A DNA stretch of 64,000 nucleotides from Collinsella aerofaciens (GCA_052344885.1 DAWDYI010000002.1:1546-65545); one strand, 5' to 3'. Shown: positions 19,301-27,322, numbered from the stretch's first letter. Numbers and translations: made by a program. Notes: a model not told the origin generated them from the letters alone.

Positions 19301-20105
19301 GGTCCTTAACGACAGGGGACGAGCTACCAGCCGTATAGGCAAACTCAACCTTCTGCCCCTGGGTGAGCTTAACGCTGCTCGCGCCAACCGAGGAAGACGC
19401 ACCGTCGACGAACAGCTGCCAGAAGGCATAAGTCGTCGGATCGAAGGCAAGCGTACGGCCATCGCTCGGGGATGTGATGCTTTTGAGGTAGAAACCGTAT
19501 GCCGTGTTCGGATCGTAGTCTGCCTTGAAGCCCGTCTTCTGCTGCAGCTTAACGAAGGCATCCGCAGCCGTCGCGCCCTCGTCGAGCTTGAGCTGCGTGG
19601 GTGCCACCCAGGTCTGAGCCTTGCCGTCGGCATCGGTGCCGATAATCGAGAACGAGACCTCGACTTGCTTCTTGGCGACATCGCCGGTTTCTGTCGGGTT
19701 CTCTGTCTGAACGGCAGCCGCGGCGGCAGATCCTGCTTGGCCAGCGGATGCCGCTGAAGACTGCTCGCTCGCGGCAGGGCTCTCCCCCGTCGCCGAGCCT
19801 TCGTCGCCAGTTGCTGCCTTTGATGCGGCGGCACTAGCTGCAGGCGCGCTCCCAGAATCCGAAACCTCGGCGCCGCTCTGCTCAGCGGCACCGCCCGCAA
19901 GCGCTGCGTCCTCGCCCGGCGTCGTAGCCTGAGCCACAGCCTCGGCAATGCCCTCGGCGCCCTCGGCCCACAGCTGAGCCGGCGTGGTGCTGAAGGCCAT
20001 CGCGAAGGCCAGGAATGCCACCAGGCAGCGCTTTGCCACGCCGCGCGCGATTACGCCACGGCGACGAAGCGAGGCACGCTGGCACTCGTCCTCAAACATA
20101 TCCAT
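16311..20105 (-). CDS. Giant surface protein: signal peptide, 4x DUF4430-like repeats, beta-propeller-like region, Flg_new repeat, low-complexity stalk, C-terminal TM anchor
   Basis: Start taken at the ATG at 20105 (AGGAGA 5 nt upstream; MDMFEDE...CLVAFLAFAMAFSTTPAQLWA). The repeats span nt 18282-19664 (YWQLFINGKSS..GDTVTWFYG and similar). A PQQ-like propeller pattern follows. Flg_new segment: WTVVFNSNGG...GYTFGGWYTD...YAKWT. The protein ends ...IAAGVIGLAIVGVFVFTKRR. Confidence 0.85.
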   Translation of the reverse strand: MDMFEDECQRASLRRRGVIARGVAKRCLVAFLAFAMAFSTTPAQLWAEGAEGIAEAVAQATTPGEDAALAGGAAEQSGAEVSDSGSAPAASAAASKAATGDEGSATGESPAASEQSSAASAGQAGSAAAAAVQTENPTETGDVAKKQVEVSFSIIGTDADGKAQTWVAPTQLKLDEGATAADAFVKLQQKTGFKADYDPNTAYGFYLKSITSPSDGRTLAFDPTTYAFWQLFVDGASSSVGASSVKLTQGQKVEFAYTAGSSSPVVKDQVAANVTVIGRDAQGKTQTWVDNAQYVVTSGSSALDLTKVALEANDIDAVAAGSFILSLKYNGVELGTPQDYSTYWQLFINGKSSDYTADNVTIHAGDTVTWFYGGWGDKLPSDSVHASVQVLGKDKDGKQQVWASTGQTSLKAGSTAKDLLEQTGLTLDAGESSWGWFLNGITSPFDSKSYGWDAATNSYWRFYVNGKFADVGAGAYELQEGDAVTFMYGADADALPGQVLGSVDVIGPDVNGNNTRWGSASNVSLPEGSTAQNLIETVLKAKGVTYNGSQSGEYWFLNSINSPFDHKPYAWDAATNKYWHLYINGEPSLLCANQITLKSGDKVTLAYTTDDSAMPDPDKIVVDPSATTPDWDAEWAGYGNSGNGSTVTDAKTPAQAAGLKWAFDWKAESGQQYANCSEPVIANGFVYIATENELIKIDSSTGKKVASAPLASKVSYTSRPIYTNGLIIVPLNGGAVQAITADKLICKWLTPGLTDLTQSSCTVVSDGEYVYVGTVDISYDENYNATYGNGSFMRIKIATGEVSWQNIDASEGYYWTGAALTDKYAIVPTSAGTLKCIDKTTGDVVSTMKLGALANADCVADPSNGSTFYQMTHDGKLHVISLSAKGVLSEQKTVDLGLTNNMSAPAVAGENLIVGGQTATGSALALYNLKTGKTTMVTAADGKELPAGFNGIAATPLVSVQGGKTYVYFTVNSADSKDYVNYSAGGGVYRYTLGDAEATQIYDAAGHYQHCDSPVIADASGNLYYINDSGTLFKLGAVESWTVVFNSNGGSACNTKFVATADGKLVKPADPTRDGYTFGGWYTDETCAQAYDFSTPVTADLTPYAKWTKNAVNPGGNGGSGSNGGNGGAGNGSGAGAGTGTGSGSGTKGQQAGGAVAPGHKPMTKTTVSTKTETKDNKPSKKDSDKSDKKDEKKSDKKSDRKDGKSDKKSDSKSDTGAVSTTTAKKSSSASEQETGTNPLAIVGIAAGVIGLAIVGVFVFTKRR

Positions 20106-20249
20106 TTGTCTCCTATTGTCTGTACTTGGAGCGTTGCCTTGAAGCTGCCCCACGTCATCGCGCATGTTGCGCCCGAGTTCCCCCATCGGGGTCCCCCTTC
20201 CCTCCAGAGCCCTATGCACACCGGCGGCATACGCCGCAGCCGCATGCAA

Positions 20250-20420
20250 GATGGGAGGCGATCCGACTTAACCTTAACGGCTCAGGCGCGCCGTCCGATC
20301 TGCGACGCGAACATCCCGAGCCAAGAGGAATTACGGTTACTGGTACAGCCGGGGACTTGCACCCCGATTCCCCCAAACGCGCAGGAAAACCGCGCATTCG
20401 TGCGTCTCCGCACCACCATC
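20250..20420 (-). promoter_or_regulatory. Cobalamin (B12) riboswitch aptamer (RF00174-like)
   Basis: Minus-strand RNA core: GGGGGAAUCGGGGUGCAAGUCCCCGGCUGUACCAGUAACCGUAA (plus coordinates 20331-20375). B12-box-like element AAGUCGGAUCGCCUCCC at 20253-20269. Candidate P1 is GAUGG (20416-20420) with CCAUC (20250-20254). It lies in the leader of the 16311-20105 gene. Boundaries are approximate. Confidence 0.8.
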
Positions 20421-20456
20421 TAGGCCATCGATTAAAACCGTCAATATGCTATCACG

Positions 20457-20485
20457 CAAAAGGGCCTCGCACGCAGGCGAAGCCC
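20457..20485 (-). terminator. Rho-independent terminator after the UbiB-family gene
   Basis: Minus-strand GGGCUUCGC-CUGCGU-GCGAGGCCC (one G-U pair) followed by UUUUG. Confidence 0.7.
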
Positions 20486-20536
20486 AAGGTAAAAGCTATT
20501 GTTTGCGAAAGGAAAATGCGGTGACGGTCGCAGCCT

Positions 20537-22300
20537 CTAGCGCTTGCCGCCGTGGCTGTTGAGCCAGATATTGCGGCCCAGCATAAGCGCCAGCACCAGC
20601 GCGCTCACGTAGCCCATAAAGCCAATGACCGGGATACCAAACACAACCGGCTCGATGCGCGCGTAGTACACCACCGACGAACCGATAAACAAGCCGGCGA
20701 TAACAATAGCCATCGACATGCGGTCGATAATTCCACCCAGCTGTCGCAGCGCCTTATCGCTGCTCATGATCTGCGTGTTCACCTTAAGCTGGCCGCGTGT
20801 GAGCATGCGCGAAGCCAAGCCCAGATACTCGGCCGCCTCGAGCGAGCCTTTTGCCGCGCGATAGCTGCTCGCGGCAAGATCGCGGCTCATCTCGCGCATG
20901 CGGGCGTAGGTGCTCTTCTCGTTTTTGATGTGCGTCTGGATGATCTGGATCATGTTGACGTTGGGCATGTACTCGGTCAGCAGACCCTCGAGCGTCACCA
21001 TGCCGCGCGCGAACATCGTCACCACGCTCGGCAGCTCAACGTCGTTTTTGCGCGCCAAGTTTAGCAGCGAGGTCAAAAACTCGCCGATATCCAGATCCTT
21101 CAGGTCAAGGCCCGCAAAGTCAGCCACGATAAAGTCAAGATCGGACAAAAAGGCCGAATGATCGAGCTCAGCCGAGTCGCCACGCGTCACGGCGAAGCGC
21201 ATGAGCGAATCCTTGAGCTTGGGCACGTCACCCTCGGCCACGGCGAAAATCATGTCCTTGACGATACCGCGATCGTGGCTCGACATGCGTCCGACCATGC
21301 CCAAGTCGATAAAGTAGACAATGCCGTCCTTGAGGATGATGTTTCCCGCATGCGGGTCAGCATGGAAAAAGCCGTCGTCGAGCACCTGCGTCGAGTAGTC
21401 CTCGACGATTGCAGCACCGATCTTTTCCAAGTCATAGCCCTCGGCCACCAAGTGTTCAGGATCGGCGATCGAAATGCCGTCGACGTAGTCCATAACCACC
21501 ACGTGCTCGGTGCACAGGTCCAGATAGGATTTAGGGCACGTCACGCCATGAACGCTCTTATGGAACTCGTAGAAGTCGTTGAGGTTTTTGGCCTCGGCCA
21601 AAAAGTTGGTCTCCTCGCGAAACGAGGTCCACAACTCCTCGACTACGCCGTGCAGGTCAACGAATTGATCGGTGTTGACGAACTTGGAAACAATGCGCAC
21701 CACCGAGCGGATGATATCGATGTCCTGCGCCATAACCTGCTGCGCACCGGGGCGCTGCACCTTGACGGCTACGTCCTCGCCCGTCACCAGACGAGCGCGG
21801 TGCACCTGCGCGAGCGATGCGCTACCAAGCGGATTGGGGTCGATCGCATCGAACATCTCCCCCAGGCGCAGGCCGTATTCCTCTTCCAAGCAGCGGAGCA
21901 CTACCTCGTACGGCACCGGCTCCACGTCGGAACGCAGACGGCGCAGCTCATCGCAAAAGCGCTGCGGCAGAATCTCGGACCGGTTGGCCAGAATCTGCCC
22001 CATCTTGACGAACATGGGGCCGAGCTCCTCGAGCAGGCGGCGCAAGCGAACCGGCGTGAGGTTATCCCACACACGGTACTTTTTGACCAAGCGAACAATC
22101 TGCCCGATGCGTTCGCGACGACCCGCCGGCGTGAGCTGGTATTCCTCGTCCGGCGCCATCGCGTCGGGCTCTTCGGGCACCATATCGACAGCGCGCGGCT
22201 TTTTGCGAGCGCCCGAGACGGCGGCATCGACCTCATCGACAACCGCCGCCTCGTCACCCAAAGGATCTAGATTGTTGTAATCGGTGGTGGAATCTGCCAT
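20537..22300 (-). CDS. ABC1/UbiB family atypical kinase
   Basis: 587 aa. FVKMGQILANRSEILP, GSASLAQVH, AVKVQRPG, HADPHAGN and IDLGMVG motifs, with C-terminal TM helices. Confidence 0.85.
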   Translation of the reverse strand: MADSTTDYNNLDPLGDEAAVVDEVDAAVSGARKKPRAVDMVPEEPDAMAPDEEYQLTPAGRRERIGQIVRLVKKYRVWDNLTPVRLRRLLEELGPMFVKMGQILANRSEILPQRFCDELRRLRSDVEPVPYEVVLRCLEEEYGLRLGEMFDAIDPNPLGSASLAQVHRARLVTGEDVAVKVQRPGAQQVMAQDIDIIRSVVRIVSKFVNTDQFVDLHGVVEELWTSFREETNFLAEAKNLNDFYEFHKSVHGVTCPKSYLDLCTEHVVVMDYVDGISIADPEHLVAEGYDLEKIGAAIVEDYSTQVLDDGFFHADPHAGNIILKDGIVYFIDLGMVGRMSSHDRGIVKDMIFAVAEGDVPKLKDSLMRFAVTRGDSAELDHSAFLSDLDFIVADFAGLDLKDLDIGEFLTSLLNLARKNDVELPSVVTMFARGMVTLEGLLTEYMPNVNMIQIIQTHIKNEKSTYARMREMSRDLAASSYRAAKGSLEAAEYLGLASRMLTRGQLKVNTQIMSSDKALRQLGGIIDRMSMAIVIAGLFIGSSVVYYARIEPVVFGIPVIGFMGYVSALVLALMLGRNIWLNSHGGKR

Positions 22301-22308
22301 CTGCGCTG

Positions 22309-22725
22309 CTACTCGGCCTCTTCGGTATCCTTCGCATCGTCGGGCTCAACGGACTCGACGGGCACCGAGGTCACGTTGTCCTCGACCGAATCGACGATGT
22401 CGCGCACATGGGCTAGGAAGGCCGTGCGCTCAGGGGCGGTCATAACGCGGACGCGGGCAAGGATGAGCTCGTCGAGCACGCGCTGGGCCGCAGTCTCGCC
22501 CTGTATGCCCAAGCGCTCGGTCAGATCGGAGATGGTGCCACCGGCCTGCTCGAACATGTCGGACACGCTGCGGGCGATATCGGGGGTGGCGGTGTCCTTG
22601 CGGACCTGCTCGCCTTTGGTGTTAAGGTCGTCGAGGACCTTCTTGCCGCCTTCGACAGCAACGGCGGCAGCGCCAAAGCCCACGTTAATGGCGCCGTTAA
22701 CAAGCTGATCGAGTTTCATAACCAT
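22309..22725 (-). CDS. Hypothetical helical protein (weakly phasin-like)
   Basis: ATG at 22725 follows GGAGA-caacc. About 138 aa with an acidic C-terminus. Its stop is 8 nt upstream of the UbiB-family start. Confidence 0.5.
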   Translation of the reverse strand: MVMKLDQLVNGAINVGFGAAAVAVEGGKKVLDDLNTKGEQVRKDTATPDIARSVSDMFEQAGGTISDLTERLGIQGETAAQRVLDELILARVRVMTAPERTAFLAHVRDIVDSVEDNVTSVPVESVEPDDAKDTEEAE

Positions 22726-22824
22726 GGTTGTCTCCAATCACAAACAACTGCATTGGCGTTCTTGTACCCAAGATTGAGCGAAAGCGACAAAGCGTTTTAG
22801 CGCTATTCGATCGACGGGAAATCC

Positions 22825-24348
22825 CTACCTCACGTTGTCATTCATCGCGAAAGAGTTCTTCATGGCGCAGCTCGTGGTGTAAAGCACCTTGCCCAGCAGG
22901 GCATCGGTCTCCACGCGAACACGCTCGGCAAAGGCCTCGTTGGCGCGTGCAAGCTCGGCAGGCACCTCGACCTCGGGCAGAGCGGCTACGGCAGCGTCGA
23001 CGTCATGGATCTGCTTGTGGCCCATGCCACCGATCTTCTCCTGATAATCCTCGACCGCGCGGCCGCACTCATGGAAGCGGACGTCAGCCAGCGCGCCGAT
23101 CAGGCGGTTGGCCCAGTAGAAGTTTTCGGACGTCACGCGAGCCTGCGTGTCGGCATAGTACTCGGGCATAGTCTCGACGTTGGCGTACAGCGGAACCAGC
23201 GCGTTAAACGAGTTGGAACCAAAGGCCATCCACTGCACGGCGCGGTAGGCCGGCTGCGCATAGGGGCGCAGCTGCAACACGGCAAGCTGGCTGTTGCGGT
23301 TGATGCCGATGGGGCGATAGGCACCACGCGTAGCGGGCGTGCCCCTGCTGCCGTAGCAGTCGTACTCCGTGCCCTGGTAGTGGCTCGAGAGCACGTACTT
23401 GATGTCCTCGATGGTCACCTTGCGCTCGGGCACGCGGCTCCAGGGGATATCGTCGCTCTCGGGCGTGTAGTCGGCGTCGGGGCCATCCCACACGTCGCTG
23501 GGGTTGAGGCAGCGCTGCATGTACCAGGCGCGCGGCGTGTTGTAGACATGGTCGCTGTCGCTGTGCGAGCCAAAGGCCTCGCGCGGGTTAAAGACGGCAG
23601 CCGGGCCGTCGCTCTCGACGCCCAGCGTCAGGTCCAGATGCCACTCGGCCATCCAGACGCGCAGGTCGGCGGAGCACATATGGTCGGCCTGGGCGCCCTC
23701 GGCGTCATCCAGGTCAAAGCTGTCGATGCCCAGCTGGTTGGGCATGGTCACATAGGCGTCGTCAGGCACGCGCTTGGCGATCCAGTGGTGACCGCCGATG
23801 GTCTCGAGCCACCAGATCTCGTCCACGTCGCTAAAGGCGATGCCGTTGTTCTCGTAAGTGCCGTAGCGCTCGAGCAGGTCGCCCAAGATACGCACGCCGT
23901 CGCGGGCGGACTTGGCATACGGCAGCACCAGGGTCACCATGTCCTCCTCGCCCAGGCCACCGGGCTGCGCCGGCACATAGCCGTCCTCACCCTCGTTGCC
24001 CTTGGCGGGCACGTAGTCCACGAGCGGATCGGCGCCGCGGACGCGCTCGTTGGTGGTAAGCGTCTCGGTTGCGGACATGCCAACATTGAGCTCGTTGAAA
24101 CCGGCCTCGGCCCAGATACCGTGGCCCGGAACAACATCGGGGACGCTCGTATAGCGCATGGGGTTATCGGGCAGCTCAACGGTCAGGTGGCTCAGGACGC
24201 TCGTGTAGACGCGCGGCTGCTCGTCGGGATGCACTACGCGCATGCGCTTGGGCTCAAATACCCCGTTGGACGAGTCCTCGTTACGCGCGACCAGGGTCGA
24301 CCCGTCGTAGCTTGCGTTTTTACCGACCAGAATCGTTGTGCACGGCAT
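22825..24348 (-). CDS. C69 family dipeptidase
   Basis: MPCTTILVGKNASYDGSTLVARNEDS is the typical C69 N-terminal nucleophile context. The start is at 24348 or 24354. Confidence 0.85.
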   Translation of the reverse strand: MPCTTILVGKNASYDGSTLVARNEDSSNGVFEPKRMRVVHPDEQPRVYTSVLSHLTVELPDNPMRYTSVPDVVPGHGIWAEAGFNELNVGMSATETLTTNERVRGADPLVDYVPAKGNEGEDGYVPAQPGGLGEEDMVTLVLPYAKSARDGVRILGDLLERYGTYENNGIAFSDVDEIWWLETIGGHHWIAKRVPDDAYVTMPNQLGIDSFDLDDAEGAQADHMCSADLRVWMAEWHLDLTLGVESDGPAAVFNPREAFGSHSDSDHVYNTPRAWYMQRCLNPSDVWDGPDADYTPESDDIPWSRVPERKVTIEDIKYVLSSHYQGTEYDCYGSRGTPATRGAYRPIGINRNSQLAVLQLRPYAQPAYRAVQWMAFGSNSFNALVPLYANVETMPEYYADTQARVTSENFYWANRLIGALADVRFHECGRAVEDYQEKIGGMGHKQIHDVDAAVAALPEVEVPAELARANEAFAERVRVETDALLGKVLYTTSCAMKNSFAMNDNVR

Positions 24349-24434
24349 GCGCATCCTCCTTGAGCGAAAAAATCAAACGGCAACAGTGTATCGCTTCGGC
24401 GCAGAAAGGGCGAAACCACGGCCTCGGCAGCCCC

Positions 24435-24667
24435 CGTGGTCAAAAAATGCCAAATATGAGTACTGTCACCAATTTAGTGGCAGCAAATTTCCCTGTAACG
24501 AGTGCCGAAAATCCCCATTTGCCCAAAAGCAAGACAACGTTATTCCCCATAAGTTCAATAAAATAGGCTTCCTAACGATAATGGATACCGTTAGGAAGCC
24601 AAAAAGACGTAAGACATATGTGACTATCTTGGCAACAGTACTCATATTTGGCATTGTTTGACCACGT
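24435..24667. repeat. 233-bp MITE-like element bounded by 32-bp inverted repeats
   Basis: CGTGGTCAAAAAATGCCAAATATGAGTACTGT (24435-24466) matches the reverse complement of 24636-24667 at 31 of 32 positions. The AT-rich interior has no credible ORF. It lies between the folD stop and the dipeptidase start. Confidence 0.7.
24556..24600 (-). terminator. Probable terminator of the fchA-folD operon (inside the IR element)
   Basis: 12-bp perfect stem: GGCTTCCTAACG (24566-24577) with CGTTAGGAAGCC (24589-24600). On the minus strand it is followed by UAUUUUAUU. Confidence 0.6.
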
Positions 24668-24703
24668 GGTATATAGCTAACCCCCTCAAACAGCCCAAAA
24701 CGC

Positions 24704-25558
24704 CTATTTCGATGCGCGCTCCGCCGCCTCAATCACGTGTTTGGCGAGAATCGCGGTGGTCACAGCTCCCACGCCGCCCGGCACAGGCGTGATGGTGTCA
24801 ACAACCGGCTCTGCAGCATCAAAATCAACGTCCCCGACCAACTTGCCAGCGGCCTCGTCCCAATTAATGCCAACATCGATGATTGTCTGGCCCTCGCGAA
24901 CCGCGTCCACACCAATCGTGTGCGCGCGCCCAACGGCCGCAACCACAATATCAGCCGCACGGCACTCGGCAGCAAGGTCGCGCGTATGCGTATGGCACGT
25001 CGTCACGGTGGCATTGCGCGCCGTAAGCATGGCGGCAACGGGACGCCCGATCACCAGCGAGCGCCCGACCACAGCAACCTTAGCTCCATCCAGCTCAACG
25101 CCGTAATGATCCAGCAAAGCAAGCACAGCTTCGGCTGTGCAGGGGGCAAAACCCTCGCCGCGCCCCGAAAGCGTGGTGAGCAGCGAAGCCGGCGTCATGG
25201 AGTCAACATCCTTGGCGGGATCGAGCGCTGCGGCGACGGCGTTCTCGTCAAGGCCGGCGGGCAGCGGGCGGAACATCAGACAGCCATGAACAGCCGAATC
25301 GGCATTGATGTCCTCGATAGCCGTCAACAGCTCGTCCTGCGAAACATCGGCAGAAAGCAAAACGCGACGAGCCTCAATCCCCACTTTTTCGCAGCGCTTG
25401 AGCGCACCGCGCTCGTAGGATAGGTCGTCCTCGCGTTCACCTACACGCACAATAGCCAACGTCGGAACAACGCCCCGCTCGCGCAGGGCTGCGCAGCGAG
25501 CAGCAAGTTCCTCAGTCAAAGCGCGAGCAACGGGAGCACCCTTCAGCAGTTCAGCCAT
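24704..25558 (-). CDS. folD: Bifunctional methylene-THF dehydrogenase / methenyl-THF cyclohydrolase
   Basis: MAELLKGAPVARALTEEL..., VVGRSLVIGRPVAAML and TPVPGGVGAVTTAIL. ATG at 25558. Confidence 0.9.
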   Translation of the reverse strand: MAELLKGAPVARALTEELAARCAALRERGVVPTLAIVRVGEREDDLSYERGALKRCEKVGIEARRVLLSADVSQDELLTAIEDINADSAVHGCLMFRPLPAGLDENAVAAALDPAKDVDSMTPASLLTTLSGRGEGFAPCTAEAVLALLDHYGVELDGAKVAVVGRSLVIGRPVAAMLTARNATVTTCHTHTRDLAAECRAADIVVAAVGRAHTIGVDAVREGQTIIDVGINWDEAAGKLVGDVDFDAAEPVVDTITPVPGGVGAVTTAILAKHVIEAAERASK

Positions 25559-25560
25559 GG

Positions 25561-26193
25561 CTATCCTCTCTTCCTTGCAGCGTCGGAGGCGCGGCGCGCC
25601 AGCGCCTCGGCGCGCGGCAACCATGTGTCGAGCAGCTCATCACACGCCGTCTCGAGCTCCTCGGCACGAACGCGATCCTTCATAGACGTGGTGTTCGCAA
25701 AGAGCGTCAAACTCGCGCCTTGCATAGCGGCACGGCAGAACACGGCGCCGCACGCCACATCGGACAGCAGCTGACGCGAACCCTTGTCGGCCATGTCCTC
25801 GAGCAGCGCCAGCGCACGCCCGCAGGCATCCATAATGCGATACGGCGGCAGAGCGGCCACATGCAGCGCATCCTGAATCGCGGTCGCTCGAGCCGGATCG
25901 TCACGCGGAATACCGTACGCCGCGGACACCTGCCCGTAGGCACGAACGTCCTCGGCAACCAGACCCACAAGTTCCTGCGCCAACTCATCCGCCTGGGCAA
26001 ACGCGCGCGTCAGATCGTCTGCGCGATCGGCAAGCGCGGGGTTTGTCGCCCCATAGCGGGCAACCATTCCGCAAAGCGAGGCGCCCAGCGCACCTACAAA
26101 GGCGCTCGCGCTGCCACCACCGGGAACCGGCTCGCGCGCGGCCAGCGCCTCGGCAAAACCGCGACAGGTTTTATCCATCATCTCTTGGCTCAT
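25561..26193 (-). CDS. Cyclodeaminase/cyclohydrolase family protein (FTCD C-terminal domain, FchA-like)
   Basis: FAEALAAREPVPGGGSASAFVGALGASLCGMV is the hallmark segment. Its stop is 2 nt before the folD start. Confidence 0.8.
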   Translation of the reverse strand: MSQEMMDKTCRGFAEALAAREPVPGGGSASAFVGALGASLCGMVARYGATNPALADRADDLTRAFAQADELAQELVGLVAEDVRAYGQVSAAYGIPRDDPARATAIQDALHVAALPPYRIMDACGRALALLEDMADKGSRQLLSDVACGAVFCRAAMQGASLTLFANTTSMKDRVRAEELETACDELLDTWLPRAEALARRASDAARKRG

Positions 26194-26356
26194 ACGCACA
26201 CGCACCTTCAAGTCATATATATCGGTCGGGCGGCCGACGCCGGCCGACCGCATCGATCACGTAATGGTGCTAAGTCTAGCCCATAAGTACGCGAGCGTCA
26301 GCGCACCTGGCCATCGCGGATTTCTATGGCACACGATAGGCCATGCCAACGCAAAC

Positions 26357-26375
26357 ATGGGACACATGGCCCACC
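26357..26375. promoter_or_regulatory. Conserved 19-nt motif ATGGGACACATGGCCCACC (copy 1)
   Basis: An identical 19-mer recurs at 27323-27341. Each copy lies upstream of one of the two paralogous lipoprotein genes. The motif is a partial palindrome (TGGGAC..GGCCCA). Confidence 0.4.
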
Positions 26376-26572
26376 TTTCGAGACTCCCGAGCAGCACAAG
26401 CTGGGGCATATCTATAAGTAAGGAACCCGTTGGGGAACGGCCGCGCAACGGCCACAAGCGATGAACGGAGGCATAAGTCGCACAGTACACAGAGACATCC
26501 GCCGCCAGCGCAATCAGTACCCCAACAGCATGCGGCGCCGTGATGTCATCAGCAGACAAGGAGGACGCCACC

Positions 26573-27172
26573 ATGATGAAAAAGACCCTATCAATCCTTT
26601 CCCTTTGCATCGCCCTCTTTGCCGCGCTCGCCCTTGTGGGCTGCGGCGGGAGCGCATCGGGCGGCGGCAGCGCCCCCAAGAGCGAGAGCAAGGAAAAGGC
26701 CCCCGTCGCCAAGAAGACCGACTACATCTGGTTTAAGGTCGAGATGCCCGAGGGCGTCGGCGTAAGCGACTCTGCCGGCAAGAATGCCGACAGGGTCCAG
26801 CTCACCTTCCCCGAAGACGAGAACGCCTCGGCCGATCGCTTTATCCCCGTTTGGAAAAAAGCGCTGACGGCCGAGGAATCCCACGCCGACCAGGCGGAAA
26901 AGAAGGGGGATACGTTCCAGTGGAAGGATGGCGGGTCCGTCGAGTATAACGGCAGGACGTGGCTCGTCGGAACATACGAGGACAACAGCGGCATCTCAAC
27001 CATGCTTTTTACCGATGTTGAGCCGGGAAGCGTCTACGTCCTCATCTCGAACTTCGACCAGCACAAGAAAGAAGCCGAGGCACTCCTCAACTCCATCGAG
27101 TTCCCCGATGACATGGAAGAGGCAGTTTCCGAGGCACGCGAAGTCGAGATTTCGAGCATCGAGATCAAGTAA
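26573..27172 (+). CDS. Lipoprotein, unknown function (paralog 1)
   Basis: AAGGAGGA then ATG at 26573. MMKKTLSILSLCIALFAALALVGCGG carries the lipobox L-V-G-C. Clearly homologous to the next gene by eye alignment. Confidence 0.8.
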   Translation: MMKKTLSILSLCIALFAALALVGCGGSASGGGSAPKSESKEKAPVAKKTDYIWFKVEMPEGVGVSDSAGKNADRVQLTFPEDENASADRFIPVWKKALTAEESHADQAEKKGDTFQWKDGGSVEYNGRTWLVGTYEDNSGISTMLFTDVEPGSVYVLISNFDQHKKEAEALLNSIEFPDDMEEAVSEAREVEISSIEIK

Positions 27173-27241
27173 CGGGACACCCGCACGCGCCTACGCGCAC
27201 CCGCGCACATGCGCCCCATTAAAACAACGGGCGCCCAACCC

Positions 27242-27276
27242 GGGGAGGGCCGACAGCACCGTCCCTCCCCTCTTTT
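27242..27276 (+). terminator. Rho-independent terminator
   Basis: GGGGAGGG (27242-27249) pairs with CCCTCCCC (27263-27270), followed by TCTTTT. Confidence 0.8.
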
Positions 27277-27322
27277 GGACCCGTGCATATTGCCACTTAA
27301 CGGCGCAAATCCGGCCCTCAGA

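Noticed and set aside
16122-19757. Plus-strand ORFs of 739 aa and 463 aa antisense to the giant DUF4430 surface-protein gene
   Set aside because: The translations are Arg/Gly/Leu-rich nonsense. The minus strand has clear domain repeats, a signal peptide, an SD sequence and a riboswitch.
20106-20249. N-terminal 48-aa extension of the surface-protein ORF (track start 20249)
   Set aside because: It overlaps the riboswitch expression platform and has no SD sequence. The ATG at 20105 has AGGAGA 5 nt upstream and is followed by a proper signal peptide.
20417-20444. Candidate promoter TTGACG-N16-TAGATG for the riboswitch operon
   Set aside because: The -10 hexamer is poor because it lacks the final T, and it would overlap the proposed P1 helix of the aptamer. 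Without TSS data I cannot place the promoter.
26257-26712. 151-aa minus-strand ORF across the fchA / lipoprotein intergenic region
   Set aside because: It overlaps the start and signal peptide of the well-supported plus-strand lipoprotein gene and the intergenic motif. It has no SD sequence and its translation is not protein-like.
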